The translations under genes were made by a program, and so were the position numbers. DNA of 64,000 nucleotides from an uncultured Candidatus Saccharibacteria bacterium (GTDB lineage Bacteria > Patescibacteriota > Minisyncoccia > Phycocordibacterales > PALSA-1337), in assembly GCA_964403205.1 (NCBI GenBank), contig CAYOER010000001.1, positions 14,037 through 78,036 of the forward strand, given 5' to 3'. Within the stretch, counting starts at the first letter, position 1, and every line of letters begins with the position of its first letter. Shown here piece after piece: positions 48,866 to 59,072 of this stretch. The notes beneath the pieces were generated by a model that worked only from the letters and a program-made list of their open reading frames with translations, was not told the DNA's origin and ran no database searches.

Positions 48866-49996
48866 CTATTCATGTAGAACTCGTAGAACTTCTTCTTTTG
48901 TGGTTATTCCCTTTTCGACCTTTTCCATACCATCCTCATACATAGATATCATTCCAGATACTCTGGCATAGCGACTAATCTCTCCTATGGAAATACGAGA
49001 CATAATGTACTTTCTCATTTCCTCATCTATTACTAGAGTTTCAGAAAGCACTGTTCTGCCTTTGTATCCACTTTTAGCACAAATATCACAACCTATTCCC
49101 TGACAATTCTTACAGATCTTTCTGACTAATCTCTGTGCAACAATAATAGAAAGTGTAGAAGCAATAAGATATGGATCCACACCCATATCTATAAGTCGGG
49201 GTATGGTAGAAATAGCAGAATTGGAATGTAGAGTAGATAATAGAAGATGTCCCGTAAGAGAAATATTGGTAGCGATACGAGCTGTTTCTGTATCTCTTAT
49301 TTCTCCAACCATGATAATATCTGGATCTTGGCGGACTATAGAACGCAGACCATTTGCAAAAGAAATACCATGCTTCTCTCTTATTTGTATTTGTCGTATT
49401 CCAGCGATAGCGTATTCTATTGGATCTTCTAGAGTGATAATAGAGGTTTTCCCATCTTGGAGAAGTTTCAATAATGTATATAGTGTGGAAGTTTTCCCTG
49501 AACCTGTAGGACCAGTGACTAATATCATACCTTGATGGTGATTTATCCCGTCTCTTATACATCTCTCATCTCTTTCGCTGAAACCGAGTGCAGATATGGA
49601 TGGTATTGTATTGTCTTCTATGAGGATTCTAAGTACTGCATTTTCTCCATAATGTGTAGGAATAATAGAAACTCGTATATCACATTCACATACACCTTCA
49701 GAATATCGGAATCTTCCGTCTTGTGGTGTGAAATGTATATCTGTACGTAGTCCTGATAATATCTTTATCCTAGCTATTATTTCTTCATGATTATCTAGAG
49801 AAAGACTGTCAATATAAATAAGTGCGCCATCTATACGGAAACGTACAACAATAGCATCAGAAGATGGATCTATATGTATATCAGATGCATTCCGATAATA
49901 TGCATATACAATAAGCGAGTCTATAAGCTCAATAGTAGAGTGAATATCATGTAGAATTTTATTTTCTTTTATAATTTCATATATTTTTTCTTTCAT
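48866..49996 (-). CDS. pilB: type IV pilus assembly ATPase PilB/GspE family (short form)
   Basis: Walker A GPTGSGKTST, a His box, and the tetracysteine CKNCQGIGCDICAKSG typical of GspE/PilB. Confidence 0.8.
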   Translation of the reverse strand: MKEKIYEIIKENKILHDIHSTIELIDSLIVYAYYRNASDIHIDPSSDAIVVRFRIDGALIYIDSLSLDNHEEIIARIKILSGLRTDIHFTPQDGRFRYSEGVCECDIRVSIIPTHYGENAVLRILIEDNTIPSISALGFSERDERCIRDGINHHQGMILVTGPTGSGKTSTLYTLLKLLQDGKTSIITLEDPIEYAIAGIRQIQIREKHGISFANGLRSIVRQDPDIIMVGEIRDTETARIATNISLTGHLLLSTLHSNSAISTIPRLIDMGVDPYLIASTLSIIVAQRLVRKICKNCQGIGCDICAKSGYKGRTVLSETLVIDEEMRKYIMSRISIGEISRYARVSGMISMYEDGMEKVEKGITTKEEVLRVLHE

Positions 49997-50179
49997 GAGG
50001 AAATCCTAGCAAAGCAGTGATAAAGAAATAATAAAAAAATAATAAAATTTCGATAAAGTTTTTACTAGAAAATAGGTGTATCAGGCATGTCAATATAGTA
50101 GCCAAATAAACCTAGTATATTGGCAATTATATACAGTATTGACCAAACTAGCATTTGTATGCTTTACTGTATACTCGTT

Positions 50180-51982
50180 ATGGAAATTAGAAATATAGCA
50201 ATAATAGCCCATGTGGACCACGGGAAGACTACTCTGACTGACGCTATCATGACTCAATGTGGCCATGGTGATGAAGGTAGTATGGACTCCAATGCTCTAG
50301 AACAAGAGCGTGGTATTACTATTTATGCGAAAAATACTTCAATAAAGTATAAAGATACAAAGATAAATATTGTAGATACTCCTGGACATGCTGATTTCGG
50401 CTCTGAAGTTGAACGTGTATTGCGTTCTATCGATACTGTCCTCCTTGTAGTAGATGCTCAGGAGGGTCCTATGCCACAGACACGCTTCGTATTGAAGAAA
50501 TCTCTAGAATTAGGATTGAAACCTATTGTAGTTATAAATAAAATTGATAAACATGCAGCAAATCCTGAACATGCTCATGAACAGGTATTAGAGCTTTTCA
50601 TGGAGCTTGGTGCAAATGATTCCCAATTAGACTTCCCTACTGTATATGCTATAGGACGTGATGGTGTAGCTATGAAGAAATTAGCAGATGAAAGAAAAGA
50701 TATAACTCCACTTCTAGACACTATATTGGAACATATTCCACCTGCAAATAAAGATCATAGCAATGAATCTCCGCTCACATTGCAGACCTTCAATCTTGGT
50801 TATGACAATTTCCTAGGACGTTTGGCAATCGGTCGTATCTATGATGGGACAATTAAAACTGGACAAACTGTCTTTGAAAAGAAGATAGATGGTTCTGTTT
50901 CCTCAGGAAAAGTTACGAAACTCTTTACATTCGAAGGAAAACAGAGGATAGAAATAGAAGAGGCGAGTGCAGGAGATATTGTGACTATTGCCGGTTTCCC
51001 AAATATATATATTGGAGAGACTATTACAGATAATGAAGCTACCCCTGCTCTACCAGCTATAAGGATAGATGAACCTACTATTTCTCTAAACTTTTTTGTA
51101 AATAATTCCCCTTTTGCTGGACGTGAGGGTAAATTCGTCACTGGTAGGCAGATACGTGAAAGACTAGAGAAAGAATTAGAAGTCAATGTCGGATTAAAAG
51201 TAGATTTTACTTCAAATGAATATTATAGAGTTTTCGGTCGTGGAGAATTGCATATCGCTATTCTATTAGAGAATATGCGTCGTGAAGGTTATGAATTACA
51301 AGTCTCTCAACCACAAGTAATCATAAAAGATATAGCAAATGAAAAAGGTGAAATGATAAAAAGTGAACCATACGAGGAACTCACTATCGATGTACCAGAT
51401 GAATTCACAGGGGCTATTATAGAAAAACTGGGTCAGAGAAAAGCCGTAATGCTCGATATGAAAAATAAAAATGGACAAACACGTATGATATTCGATATTC
51501 CCACTCGTGGTCTACTAGGATATCGTAGTGTTTTCGTAATTGATACAAAGGGTGAAGGAATACTAGGTAGTAGATTCACAGATTTCAGACCTTATGTTGG
51601 AGAAATTGAAAGACATAATACAGGATCAATGACATCTATGATGGCTGGTAAAGCACTAGCATTCGCACTGTGGAATCTACAAGAACGTGGAAGAATATTC
51701 ATAGTGCCAACTACAGAAGTCTATGAAGGAATGGTAGTCGGTGATACATCTAAGGGTGATGATATGGATGTGAATCCATGTAAAGGAAAAGCAATGTCCA
51801 ATATGCGTTCTTCTGGAAATGATGAGCATATTATGCTCACTCCGGCTTGGACGCTAGATATAGAGAAGGGGCTTGAAACAATGCGTGAAGATGAATATCT
51901 AGAGATAACACCTATAAATGTGAGGTTGCGTAAGAGATTTCTGACTGGTACAGATAGAGCTAGAGCGGGGAGGAAAGAATAG
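50180..51982 (+). CDS. typA: translational GTPase TypA/BipA
   Basis: [21 protein letters not shown], the DTPGHADF G-domain, and TypA-specific C-terminal domains. The start is set at MEIRN rather than the upstream ATG at 50120. Confidence 0.9.
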   Translation: MEIRNIAIIAHVDHGKTTLTDAIMTQCGHGDEGSMDSNALEQERGITIYAKNTSIKYKDTKINIVDTPGHADFGSEVERVLRSIDTVLLVVDAQEGPMPQTRFVLKKSLELGLKPIVVINKIDKHAANPEHAHEQVLELFMELGANDSQLDFPTVYAIGRDGVAMKKLADERKDITPLLDTILEHIPPANKDHSNESPLTLQTFNLGYDNFLGRLAIGRIYDGTIKTGQTVFEKKIDGSVSSGKVTKLFTFEGKQRIEIEEASAGDIVTIAGFPNIYIGETITDNEATPALPAIRIDEPTISLNFFVNNSPFAGREGKFVTGRQIRERLEKELEVNVGLKVDFTSNEYYRVFGRGELHIAILLENMRREGYELQVSQPQVIIKDIANEKGEMIKSEPYEELTIDVPDEFTGAIIEKLGQRKAVMLDMKNKNGQTRMIFDIPTRGLLGYRSVFVIDTKGEGILGSRFTDFRPYVGEIERHNTGSMTSMMAGKALAFALWNLQERGRIFIVPTTEVYEGMVVGDTSKGDDMDVNPCKGKAMSNMRSSGNDEHIMLTPAWTLDIEKGLETMREDEYLEITPINVRLRKRFLTGTDRARAGRKE

Positions 51983-52001
51983 TTATACTCCTATTTGGGT
52001 A

Positions 52002-52805
52002 TTAATAGCAAGTTGTCCCAAGCTTTAATGATTTTGTTAAGTAATACATAGGGTTTTTGAATAATTCTGGTGAGGAAAATCTGAATGAAAATTCCCTCAC
52101 ATATTTTTCTAAATTAGTTGACCAATGATGATGATACATTCTTCTAACAAAAGTACGGTAGTTTCCAAATACTCCTTCGATTTCTGATGTATGAGCAAAT
52201 TCAAATCTTTTATGTATATCTCTACTGTGTTTAACTGGCCACCATTTGTTAATTCCTTTGTAAATCGCTGCACCATCAGTCCACAGTTTAGATCCTGGTT
52301 TAACTTTTCTAAAGAGAAAATATCCTGCATGATGTCTCTGTACTGATGTCCCAATAATGACATCATATGCTAGTTTTCTAGTTCCTTTTTGTTTACCCAT
52401 AACCAATGTCATATCCTTGAAATACGCCTCGTCTAACTGCACTATACGCTCTAGAATGTGGGTTTCCCGTGGTAATTGTCCTCTGAATGTGTCAAACCAC
52501 TTACGTATACAAAGTGGAGATAGTTCTGTAAATGCAACCGTTTGTTTAACTGGTATCTCACAACTCTAACACCAGAGTATCATCCACCACTTTTGAAGTG
52601 GTAATTTTAAATTAGAAAGCCATGTGTGTGACAGGAGAGAGAATCTGATGCGACAATCTTTACACCTATATCGACCTGATTGTATTCCTATTCGTCTCGA
52701 CTTACATTCAGGACAAAATATGTTCTTGCCAAACAATATTCTGCGAATATATTTTCTAATTTGTGCCTCACTTGGTATTTGATTGTGTGTATACATAATG
52801 TCCAT
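52002..52805 (-). pseudogene. IS1595-family (ISXO2-like) transposase disrupted by a frameshift
   Basis: The N-terminal piece (52566-52805) has the zinc ribbon CPECKSRRIG...RYRCKDCRIRFS. The C-terminal piece (52002-52442) has VQLDEAYF (the first D of DDE) and HTSEIEGVFGNYRTFVRRMYHHHW...REFSFRF. The linking segment (KWFDTFRGQLPRETHILERI) is readable only in a different frame from the N-piece. Confidence 0.75.
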
Positions 52806-52828
52806 ATTCTAATATGTATGGGACAACT
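52011..52828 (-). mobile_element. IS1595-like insertion sequence (~0.82 kb) with perfect 10-bp terminal inverted repeats
   Basis: AGTTGTCCCA at 52011-52020 and its reverse complement TGGGACAACT at 52819-52828. The left IR overlaps the transposase stop and the right IR lies just upstream of its start. Confidence 0.65.
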
Positions 52829-52901
52829 GGTATATATTACCCTCCTATTTACTATTGACAAGGATACTAAATCATGATAGTCTCGCATATAGATTCGCAC
52901 C

Positions 52902-53189
52902 ATGAAAAATGCATATCAAATCCTAGGGGTTTCCCCTGCCGCTAGTATAGCGGAAATCAAGGATGCGTACCGAAAACTCTCGGTACATTGGCATCCGGAC
53001 AAAAACAAGAGTCCGGAAGCTGGGCACACCTTTGCCTCGATTTCGGAAGCTTATGGCATCCTCTCTGACTCGCGCAAGCGACAAGAGTTGGATGAAAAGA
53101 TTTCCAAAGGCCAAGTTGAGAATATCAATGAGGTCGTGGAGAGAGTCGTGGATTCATTTCTTGATTCGTTAACTGAACGGAAACACTAA
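52902..53189 (+). CDS. J-domain-only protein (DnaJ N-terminal domain, 95 aa)
   Basis: YQILGVSPAASIAEIKDAYRKLSVHWHPDKN with the HPD tripeptide. G+C is about 50%. Confidence 0.8.
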   Translation: MKNAYQILGVSPAASIAEIKDAYRKLSVHWHPDKNKSPEAGHTFASISEAYGILSDSRKRQELDEKISKGQVENINEVVERVVDSFLDSLTERKH

Positions 53190-53219
53190 TCAACAACAAA
53201 ACAAAGAGAAAGGATACGG

Positions 53220-53648
53220 GTGAGGACACTGAACGTAGTGGTAAATGAACTTCGTGAACAAATTGAGGAGGCTACAGATCCCAAGGATCCAAACAAGCTT
53301 CCACAATACACCGCTTCGCTGCGGGATGGTATTGATTCGTTTGTCTCGATGCTCACTGATGACCCGACGATGGCCGCGCTCGCATTCCACAATCAAATCA
53401 GATACGACAATCAGTCGGTTATGATCAAAATTGTGGAACACGACACGGTATCCGGTAGTGATTGGCCGCTTATCAAGCAGTCGATCCAAGTGCGCCCCGA
53501 TGCGCATAAGGCCGTCAAAACCCTTGAACAAGCTGGGCTCGAAGCAGTATTGGCGACCGCTGTGGCCGCCAACTTCAAGCTCACACAACAACGTCGCGCT
53601 CAACGCGAGGCGTTGGAACAAGAAGAGGAGTACCAAAATGTTGAATGA
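53220..53648 (+). CDS. hypothetical protein (G+C-rich cassette gene 2)
   Basis: A 142-aa ORF with no recognised motif. Its stop overlaps the next start (ATGTTGAATGA). Confidence 0.45.
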   Translation: MRTLNVVVNELREQIEEATDPKDPNKLPQYTASLRDGIDSFVSMLTDDPTMAALAFHNQIRYDNQSVMIKIVEHDTVSGSDWPLIKQSIQVRPDAHKAVKTLEQAGLEAVLATAVAANFKLTQQRRAQREALEQEEEYQNVE

Positions 53649-54351
53649 ACAAGACAAAATGAGTGAGCATGAAAAGCTCGTCACCGTACTTCGTTATCAG
53701 GGTGCATTGGCTGTCGAAAGTCAGCTTGTGGATCTTGCCAATAAGGAGGGTGATGAAGCCATTGTGAGAATCGCCGGAAATCTATCTGCTGCCGAAGTTG
53801 CGCAAGTAACTTCTGAGGCAGATATGGTCAGCCCGTCACTTCTGCATACTGCAGTCAATCTCGAACAGTTCCGCGGAGTATTTCGGCGCATAGGCGTTCG
53901 ATGGAGCTCTGCGGAACAAGAGGATTGCTCACCTGAAACACTTCAGGAACTTCAGGATGAACTCAAACAGTTCTTCTGTGCATTCATTCTTCTGAACGAA
54001 GACGGAAAGCGTCGCGTTGAACTGATGAATGTCATTCTGGACGAGCCGCACGGTATCCATGCCCTAGTCTTCAGTGTCGTCCACGAAAAGGACTTTCTTG
54101 AATTCCTAGAATCCAATGGAAGCACTAGTGATGTCGGGGATTGGCGCGAGGTTATTGGGATCTTGCGTAACAACTTTCCCGAACAGTGGGAACGGTTCAA
54201 GAAAATTTTACCGGACTGTTACAACGGTAATGATTACCTCAACTTCATTCATGAGATCGCCGCTGAAATCTATGCGGTAGCCGTGTCTCAAGGAGCCGTC
54301 AGACGAACAGAAGTCGAAAAAGCGGATGATCTATTTATTCCGCTTGAATAG
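53638..54351 (+). CDS. hypothetical protein (G+C-rich cassette gene 3); start set at MLNEQDK
   Basis: A 238-aa ORF. The longer track ORF from 53431 overlaps gene 2 out of frame and is taken as a 5' over-extension. Confidence 0.4.
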   Translation: MLNEQDKMSEHEKLVTVLRYQGALAVESQLVDLANKEGDEAIVRIAGNLSAAEVAQVTSEADMVSPSLLHTAVNLEQFRGVFRRIGVRWSSAEQEDCSPETLQELQDELKQFFCAFILLNEDGKRRVELMNVILDEPHGIHALVFSVVHEKDFLEFLESNGSTSDVGDWREVIGILRNNFPEQWERFKKILPDCYNGNDYLNFIHEIAAEIYAVAVSQGAVRRTEVEKADDLFIPLE

Positions 54352-54413
54352 GCATGCAAACCAACAGCCTCCCCGAGTGACCCTCCGGGAGGCTGTATTT
54401 CTGAAAGGAATAT

Positions 54414-55388
54414 ATGAATCTGCAAATTAGAGATAAACGAGATCCGTTCACCCAAGCGTTGGCATTTCTTTTCAGAAGCGAGGAGAATGTGCTGACATTA
54501 AGACGAAAGCTCCATAAGGAAATGATTTCTCTTGTGACTCAAGTCGCGGTGAAAATTGGTGGTATCGATACCGAAAAAGCTGTTCGTGATCGTGCATTAG
54601 CGGTATTCACTGGAATCGTAAGTCTCTATCTGATGAATCTAACAAAAGGTTCGAACAATCCTGAAGAATGGTCAAGGATTGTGAGCTCTGGAGATCTCAG
54701 AATACTTTTCCAGCGTGGATATACGATGATACATGAAATCCTTCATGGTCGTTGGAAATTGGAGATTGAAAAGGATGGCAAAAGAATATTCTACGAAACC
54801 AGGACTGAACGACTTGAACAATTCGCTGTTCATCGGATAAATGATCAATGGGCAGGGTATATTCTATACCTCAAGGAAGCAACTTCGCTGAAAGAGGAGA
54901 TTCTCTGGAGTGAATTCGCAAATTGGTTAAAAGACGATTACAGCGGAAAAAGAGAACATAGAAGAATTTCTGAACAGAGCCTTTTTCATGAAGGAGAACT
55001 TTTTGAAGAAGGAGAAATTATCAGAAGAGTGTTCTACCACATCCTTCATTCTGGTAAGCCTTCTTTTATAATGAACTTTCGAATAGCACGTGAGATTGTG
55101 GATCACGCACAGAAAGACAAAAAGTGGCTACAGAAGGCTACAATCAACTACTCCAGATTCGTTACTAGCTTACCACTTCGTTTTCAGGAATGCTTTCTCT
55201 ATCAAGTGAGAGAAGATGAACCGGGAAACAGTATAATGAGCGAAGTATCTTCTGTTTGGAGGAATGTGAAGTGGATATGCAGAAAACGCAAGCATAGCAA
55301 TAGATCAGAAGCAATCGATTCTGTTTGTATTAATACAGGAGTTCCATCTCCTGGACTTAGTAAATCAAACAGAACTACATTCGAATAG
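54414..55388 (+). CDS. hypothetical protein (G+C-rich cassette gene 4)
   Basis: A 324-aa ORF with no recognised motif. Confidence 0.45.
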   Translation: MNLQIRDKRDPFTQALAFLFRSEENVLTLRRKLHKEMISLVTQVAVKIGGIDTEKAVRDRALAVFTGIVSLYLMNLTKGSNNPEEWSRIVSSGDLRILFQRGYTMIHEILHGRWKLEIEKDGKRIFYETRTERLEQFAVHRINDQWAGYILYLKEATSLKEEILWSEFANWLKDDYSGKREHRRISEQSLFHEGELFEEGEIIRRVFYHILHSGKPSFIMNFRIAREIVDHAQKDKKWLQKATINYSRFVTSLPLRFQECFLYQVREDEPGNSIMSEVSSVWRNVKWICRKRKHSNRSEAIDSVCINTGVPSPGLSKSNRTTFE

Positions 55389-55437
55389 CTCAACACAAAA
55401 CCGAAAACTCGTAAGAGTGAGTAGGTTTTTTTTATTA

Positions 55438-56415
55438 TCACCCCCACTTCGTCTTTATATACTCCGTCGTCTCACTCATAGAGAATGGCTGAGTGGAGTT
55501 CCCTACTCTTACAAAAAAGTCTTCTTTTTTATCTCCATTTGTGAGATATGCTGGTTTATGACTTTCTTTTACATCTACAATACAAATCTCTTTATTTTCT
55601 ATTTTCTCAAATTTTATATTTATATATTTAGAAAAAGCTAAACCAATCATATTTTTTATAAGAGTATTAACATAATTTTCAAATCCGTCTTTATCTTTTC
55701 TCTGTTGCAAAGTTTTATAATCATTTTCTAGACCGATTATTTCACCATTATCTCTTACACCGATAAGCAGAATTCCACCAGAAGCATTGAGAAAACCTAC
55801 AATAGTTTTCATAATAGATTTCTCCATTTCCTTATTCATTTCATTCTTACGGATGTCATATCGCAATGTTTCTTTGAATTCTAAAAGTAATCCTTCACCA
55901 TCTTCTATTAAACTCTTTATATCTTTTATGAAAATCTTGCCAGATGAACTATGTACCATTTGCTTTATTATATATACATATTCTTCGAAATTCCCTATAT
56001 TCTTTATTTTTGTCACTCTCTCATTATTATGTTCAAGAATAATAGTGGCATGATTCATCATCCTACCTAGAGGACTCTGATATGTCTCTACAGATGCTAC
56101 GTCAGACAAACCTACACTTTTCTTTTTTCTAAACAAAAGCCCACTTTTCTTTATTATTTCTTTTTCTCTGATTTCATAATGAGAGAAGTACCAATCTAAA
56201 AAGAGAATACCAATATAGATAAATTGAAAAAATGAGAAGATTATTATTTCAAAGATATCAAAACGGATATAATCATGAAAACCAAGATTCCTAAACATCA
56301 TTTCATAATTACCAAGAAAAGAAACGGCAAAGAAGAATAGAGAAGCGATAATTTCCATAGCTATTAGATTGCGTAGGAAAACCAATGGTCCTTCTTTTAT
56401 TATTATTACTCTCAT
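55438..56415 (-). CDS. membrane protein fusing a bPH_2 (YdbS/YdbT-like bacterial PH) domain to a Schlafen-type AlbA_2 putative DNA/RNA-binding domain
   Basis: N-terminal two TM helices plus KKSGLLFRKKKSVGLSDVASVETYQSPLGRMMNHATIILE (bPH_2). C-terminal EGLLLEFKETL...KTIVGFLNASGGILLIGVRDNGEIIGLEND (AlbA_2 pattern EFK..FaNt.GG.lliGv.d.G.i.G). Confidence 0.55.
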   Translation of the reverse strand: MRVIIIKEGPLVFLRNLIAMEIIASLFFFAVSFLGNYEMMFRNLGFHDYIRFDIFEIIIFSFFQFIYIGILFLDWYFSHYEIREKEIIKKSGLLFRKKKSVGLSDVASVETYQSPLGRMMNHATIILEHNNERVTKIKNIGNFEEYVYIIKQMVHSSSGKIFIKDIKSLIEDGEGLLLEFKETLRYDIRKNEMNKEMEKSIMKTIVGFLNASGGILLIGVRDNGEIIGLENDYKTLQQRKDKDGFENYVNTLIKNMIGLAFSKYINIKFEKIENKEICIVDVKESHKPAYLTNGDKKEDFFVRVGNSTQPFSMSETTEYIKTKWG

Positions 56416-56419
56416 ATGG

Positions 56420-57115
56420 CTATTCTAACATAATTTTAGTCCTTTTTATCGAATACGCTATAGCACCTATTCCCATATCCTTCCCTATTCTATCCGCTAG
56501 ACTCCGCATATATGTTCCACTGGAACAAACAACTTTCAACTTTATTATTTTAAATTGATTTTTTGCAAATTTCTTTCCATACTTTTCCCATTTATCTATT
56601 ATCTTTTCCTGACGGAAATCCCCTTTTACTTTTTTTATTTTTTCTATACTTTCTCTAGCTATTTCTTCTCCACTTTTCTCTATTTCAACTAATTTATTAA
56701 TAGAATAAATCTGTACCTCTTTACTTGGTATTTCATCTGGTATTTCTTTCATTGCAATTATTTTTGATGAATATCTAGGATACTTTTGTATATATCTGCC
56801 TATATATTTTTCTAATTCAATCTTATTTATTTTATTTATATTTATATTCTTTATTAATCCAAGAATATCATAGCTATCAGTTTCTAAACCAAACAAAACC
56901 TCTATTTCATATTCTTTATCTAAACCTGTATATTTATCTTTATTTTTACACTCTTCACCGATGAGGATGATGAGCATTCCTTCTGCCATCGGATCTAGTC
57001 TACCTGCATAAGTCATAGACACACTCTTATCTATACCGTTTTCTATACGGATTCTTTCTAGACATTCTAGTGGTGTCTCCCCTATTACTTTATTGCAAAT
57101 AATGACATTTTTCAT
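56420..57115 (-). CDS. truB: tRNA pseudouridine(55) synthase TruB-family (short form)
   Basis: MTYAGRLDPMAEGMLIILIGEECK (G-x-x-G-TLDP-x-A-x-G-L-L). Confidence 0.7.
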   Translation of the reverse strand: MKNVIICNKVIGETPLECLERIRIENGIDKSVSMTYAGRLDPMAEGMLIILIGEECKNKDKYTGLDKEYEIEVLFGLETDSYDILGLIKNININKINKIELEKYIGRYIQKYPRYSSKIIAMKEIPDEIPSKEVQIYSINKLVEIEKSGEEIARESIEKIKKVKGDFRQEKIIDKWEKYGKKFAKNQFKIIKLKVVCSSGTYMRSLADRIGKDMGIGAIAYSIKRTKIMLE

Positions 57116-57136
57116 AACTTTGTTACAATATACCTT

Positions 57137-58399
57137 ATGAATAAGAACTTGGGAACAGATCCATATAAAGGCGTGCGGGATTTCTATCCTGCTGATATGG
57201 CCGTGCAGAATTATATTTTTGATATTTGGAAAAGTACAGTTAAGAAATATGGTTATGAAGAATACAATGCCTCTGTTCTAGAACCAGCAGATCTGTACAG
57301 GGCCAAGACCGGTGAAGAAATAGTCAATGAACAAACATACACCTTTACTGATAGAGGTGATAGAGAAGTGACTCTACGTCCAGAGATGACTCCTACACTA
57401 GCCAGAATGGTAGCAGGCAAAAGACGTGAGCTAGTCTTCCCTCTTCGCCTTTTTTCTATTCCCAATCTTTTCCGTTATGAACAGCCACAGAGGGGGCGAC
57501 TCCGTGAACATTGGCAACTCAATGTTGATATTTTCGGCATAGACGGCATACAAGCTGAAATAGAAATATTACAAATTGCTTATGATATTACAAAGAAATT
57601 AGGATTATCAGATACGGATTTTGAAATTAGACTCAATAATCGTAAATTGATGAATTATGTGACAAAGGAAGTATTCAAGCTCGATGATGAACAATCCAGA
57701 AAGTTAGGTAAATTAATTGATAAAAAAAATAAAATTGAAAAAAGTGTATTTGAAAAAACAGCAAATGAAATTCTAGGTGAAAATACTGATAACTTTATTA
57801 CTTTACTCAATTCTAAAAATTTTGAGGAATTTACTATTCATCTTCCACAGACAAAAGAAGAGCATGATGGATTGAAAGAAATAAAGAAAATAATAGAGGC
57901 TCTAGAAAAACTTGGGATTACGAATGTACGCTTTGATCAGACACTTATGCGTGGTTTCGACTATTATACTGGAACAGTTTTTGAAATATTTGATAATAAT
58001 CCAGAGAATAGACGTTCAATATTCGGTGGTGGTCGCTATGATGATCTTCTTTCCCTTTTCGGTGGGGAGAAGGTATCTGCAGTGGGATTTGGCGCTGGGG
58101 ATGTTATAGCTCGAGATCTTCTAGAGACTTATGGAAAAATTGTAGAAGCAAAGAATACAGTAGCAGATATAGCAATATGTACTCTGGGTGAGCAGAATAT
58201 TCCCTATTCTCTAGATCTAGCTCAAACTCTACGTAATAATGGCAAGAAAGTCATGGTTGATTTCTCTTTAAAAAAAATAGGCGATAAGATAAGTAATGCA
58301 AGTAAAAGAGGTATAGAGAAGATTATCTGTATTGGTGATGAAGAAGTAAAGACTGGAAAATATAAAATAAAAGATCTGGCTACTGGAATAGAAGAGTAG
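57137..58399 (+). CDS. hisS: histidyl-tRNA synthetase
   Basis: Class II motifs (REVTLRPEMTPTLARMVA, FRYEQPQRGRLREHWQLNVDIFG, GGGRYDDL) and a C-terminal anticodon-binding domain. Confidence 0.9.
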   Translation: MNKNLGTDPYKGVRDFYPADMAVQNYIFDIWKSTVKKYGYEEYNASVLEPADLYRAKTGEEIVNEQTYTFTDRGDREVTLRPEMTPTLARMVAGKRRELVFPLRLFSIPNLFRYEQPQRGRLREHWQLNVDIFGIDGIQAEIEILQIAYDITKKLGLSDTDFEIRLNNRKLMNYVTKEVFKLDDEQSRKLGKLIDKKNKIEKSVFEKTANEILGENTDNFITLLNSKNFEEFTIHLPQTKEEHDGLKEIKKIIEALEKLGITNVRFDQTLMRGFDYYTGTVFEIFDNNPENRRSIFGGGRYDDLLSLFGGEKVSAVGFGAGDVIARDLLETYGKIVEAKNTVADIAICTLGEQNIPYSLDLAQTLRNNGKKVMVDFSLKKIGDKISNASKRGIEKIICIGDEEVKTGKYKIKDLATGIEE

Positions 58400-58423
58400 A
58401 TTGAGAAAAATTCAGAAAAGATA

Positions 58424-59008
58424 ATGAGACTGATAACATTTGATATTGAAACAAAGAATTTCTTTCAAGATGTAGGATCAAATGATCCGAAAGCTCTTGA
58501 TATTTCTGTTTTATGTATTCATGATTCTCTAGATAATAGCTATAAGAGTTTCCAAGAAAAAGACTTTCCCCTATTATGGCCTATTATAGAGAAGACAGAT
58601 GCATTGATCACATGGAATGGCGATCATTTCGATATTCCTATTCTTAATAAATATTATTCAGGAGATCTTACAAAGATAAAAAGCATAGATTTGATGAAAG
58701 AAATGAAGGATGTATTAGGAAAAAGGCTGAAACTTGATACAGTAGCAGAAGCGACTTTGGGAAAAAAGAAAAGTGGGAATGGCATGGAGGCGGTGTATTG
58801 GTGGAGAAATGGTGAAATAGATAAAATAATCAAATATTGTATAGAAGATGTAAGGATTACGAAAGAACTCTATGACTATGCAATTGCAAATAAAAGCTTG
58901 AAATACAAGGATCTAGGAGCAAATGGAGCAATATACGAAGTGAAATTAAATACAGATAATTGGGAGAAAAAGGAGGATAATGCCATGACTTTTACTTTAC
59001 CGTTCTAA
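58424..59008 (+). CDS. RNase H-like 3'-5' exonuclease (DEDD/YprB-like)
   Basis: ITFDIETKNFF (Exo I-like) and ITWNGDHFDIPIL (Exo II-like). Confidence 0.4.
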   Translation: MRLITFDIETKNFFQDVGSNDPKALDISVLCIHDSLDNSYKSFQEKDFPLLWPIIEKTDALITWNGDHFDIPILNKYYSGDLTKIKSIDLMKEMKDVLGKRLKLDTVAEATLGKKKSGNGMEAVYWWRNGEIDKIIKYCIEDVRITKELYDYAIANKSLKYKDLGANGAIYEVKLNTDNWEKKEDNAMTFTLPF

Positions 59009-59072
59009 ATGTGTATAATACAAAATATTAATGGCGGTTTGCTTATAAGAAGATAATAAAAGATATAAAGAT

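Noticed and set aside
49110-49750. ORFs overlapping pilB on both strands (49110-49562, 49203-49535, 49247-49432, 49532-49750)
   Set aside because: The PilB frame has Walker, His-box and tetracysteine motifs; the others are Tyr/Arg-rich off-frame artefacts.
50120-50179. A 20-codon N-terminal extension of typA in the ORF track
   Set aside because: Conserved TypA proteins start at M[18 protein letters not shown]; the extension (MAIIYSIDQTSICMLYCILV) is hydrophobic and unconserved-looking.
52443-52565. Programmed ribosomal frameshift in the IS transposase
   Set aside because: IS1595-family transposases are single-ORF enzymes as far as I know (unlike IS1/IS3), and no slippery heptamer is apparent. 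The split is read as a pseudogenising frameshift.
53431-53637. Upstream extension of cassette gene 3 (track start 53431)
   Set aside because: It overlaps gene 2 out of frame for 200 nt, and an ATG at 53638 gives a classic ATGA stop/start junction with gene 2.
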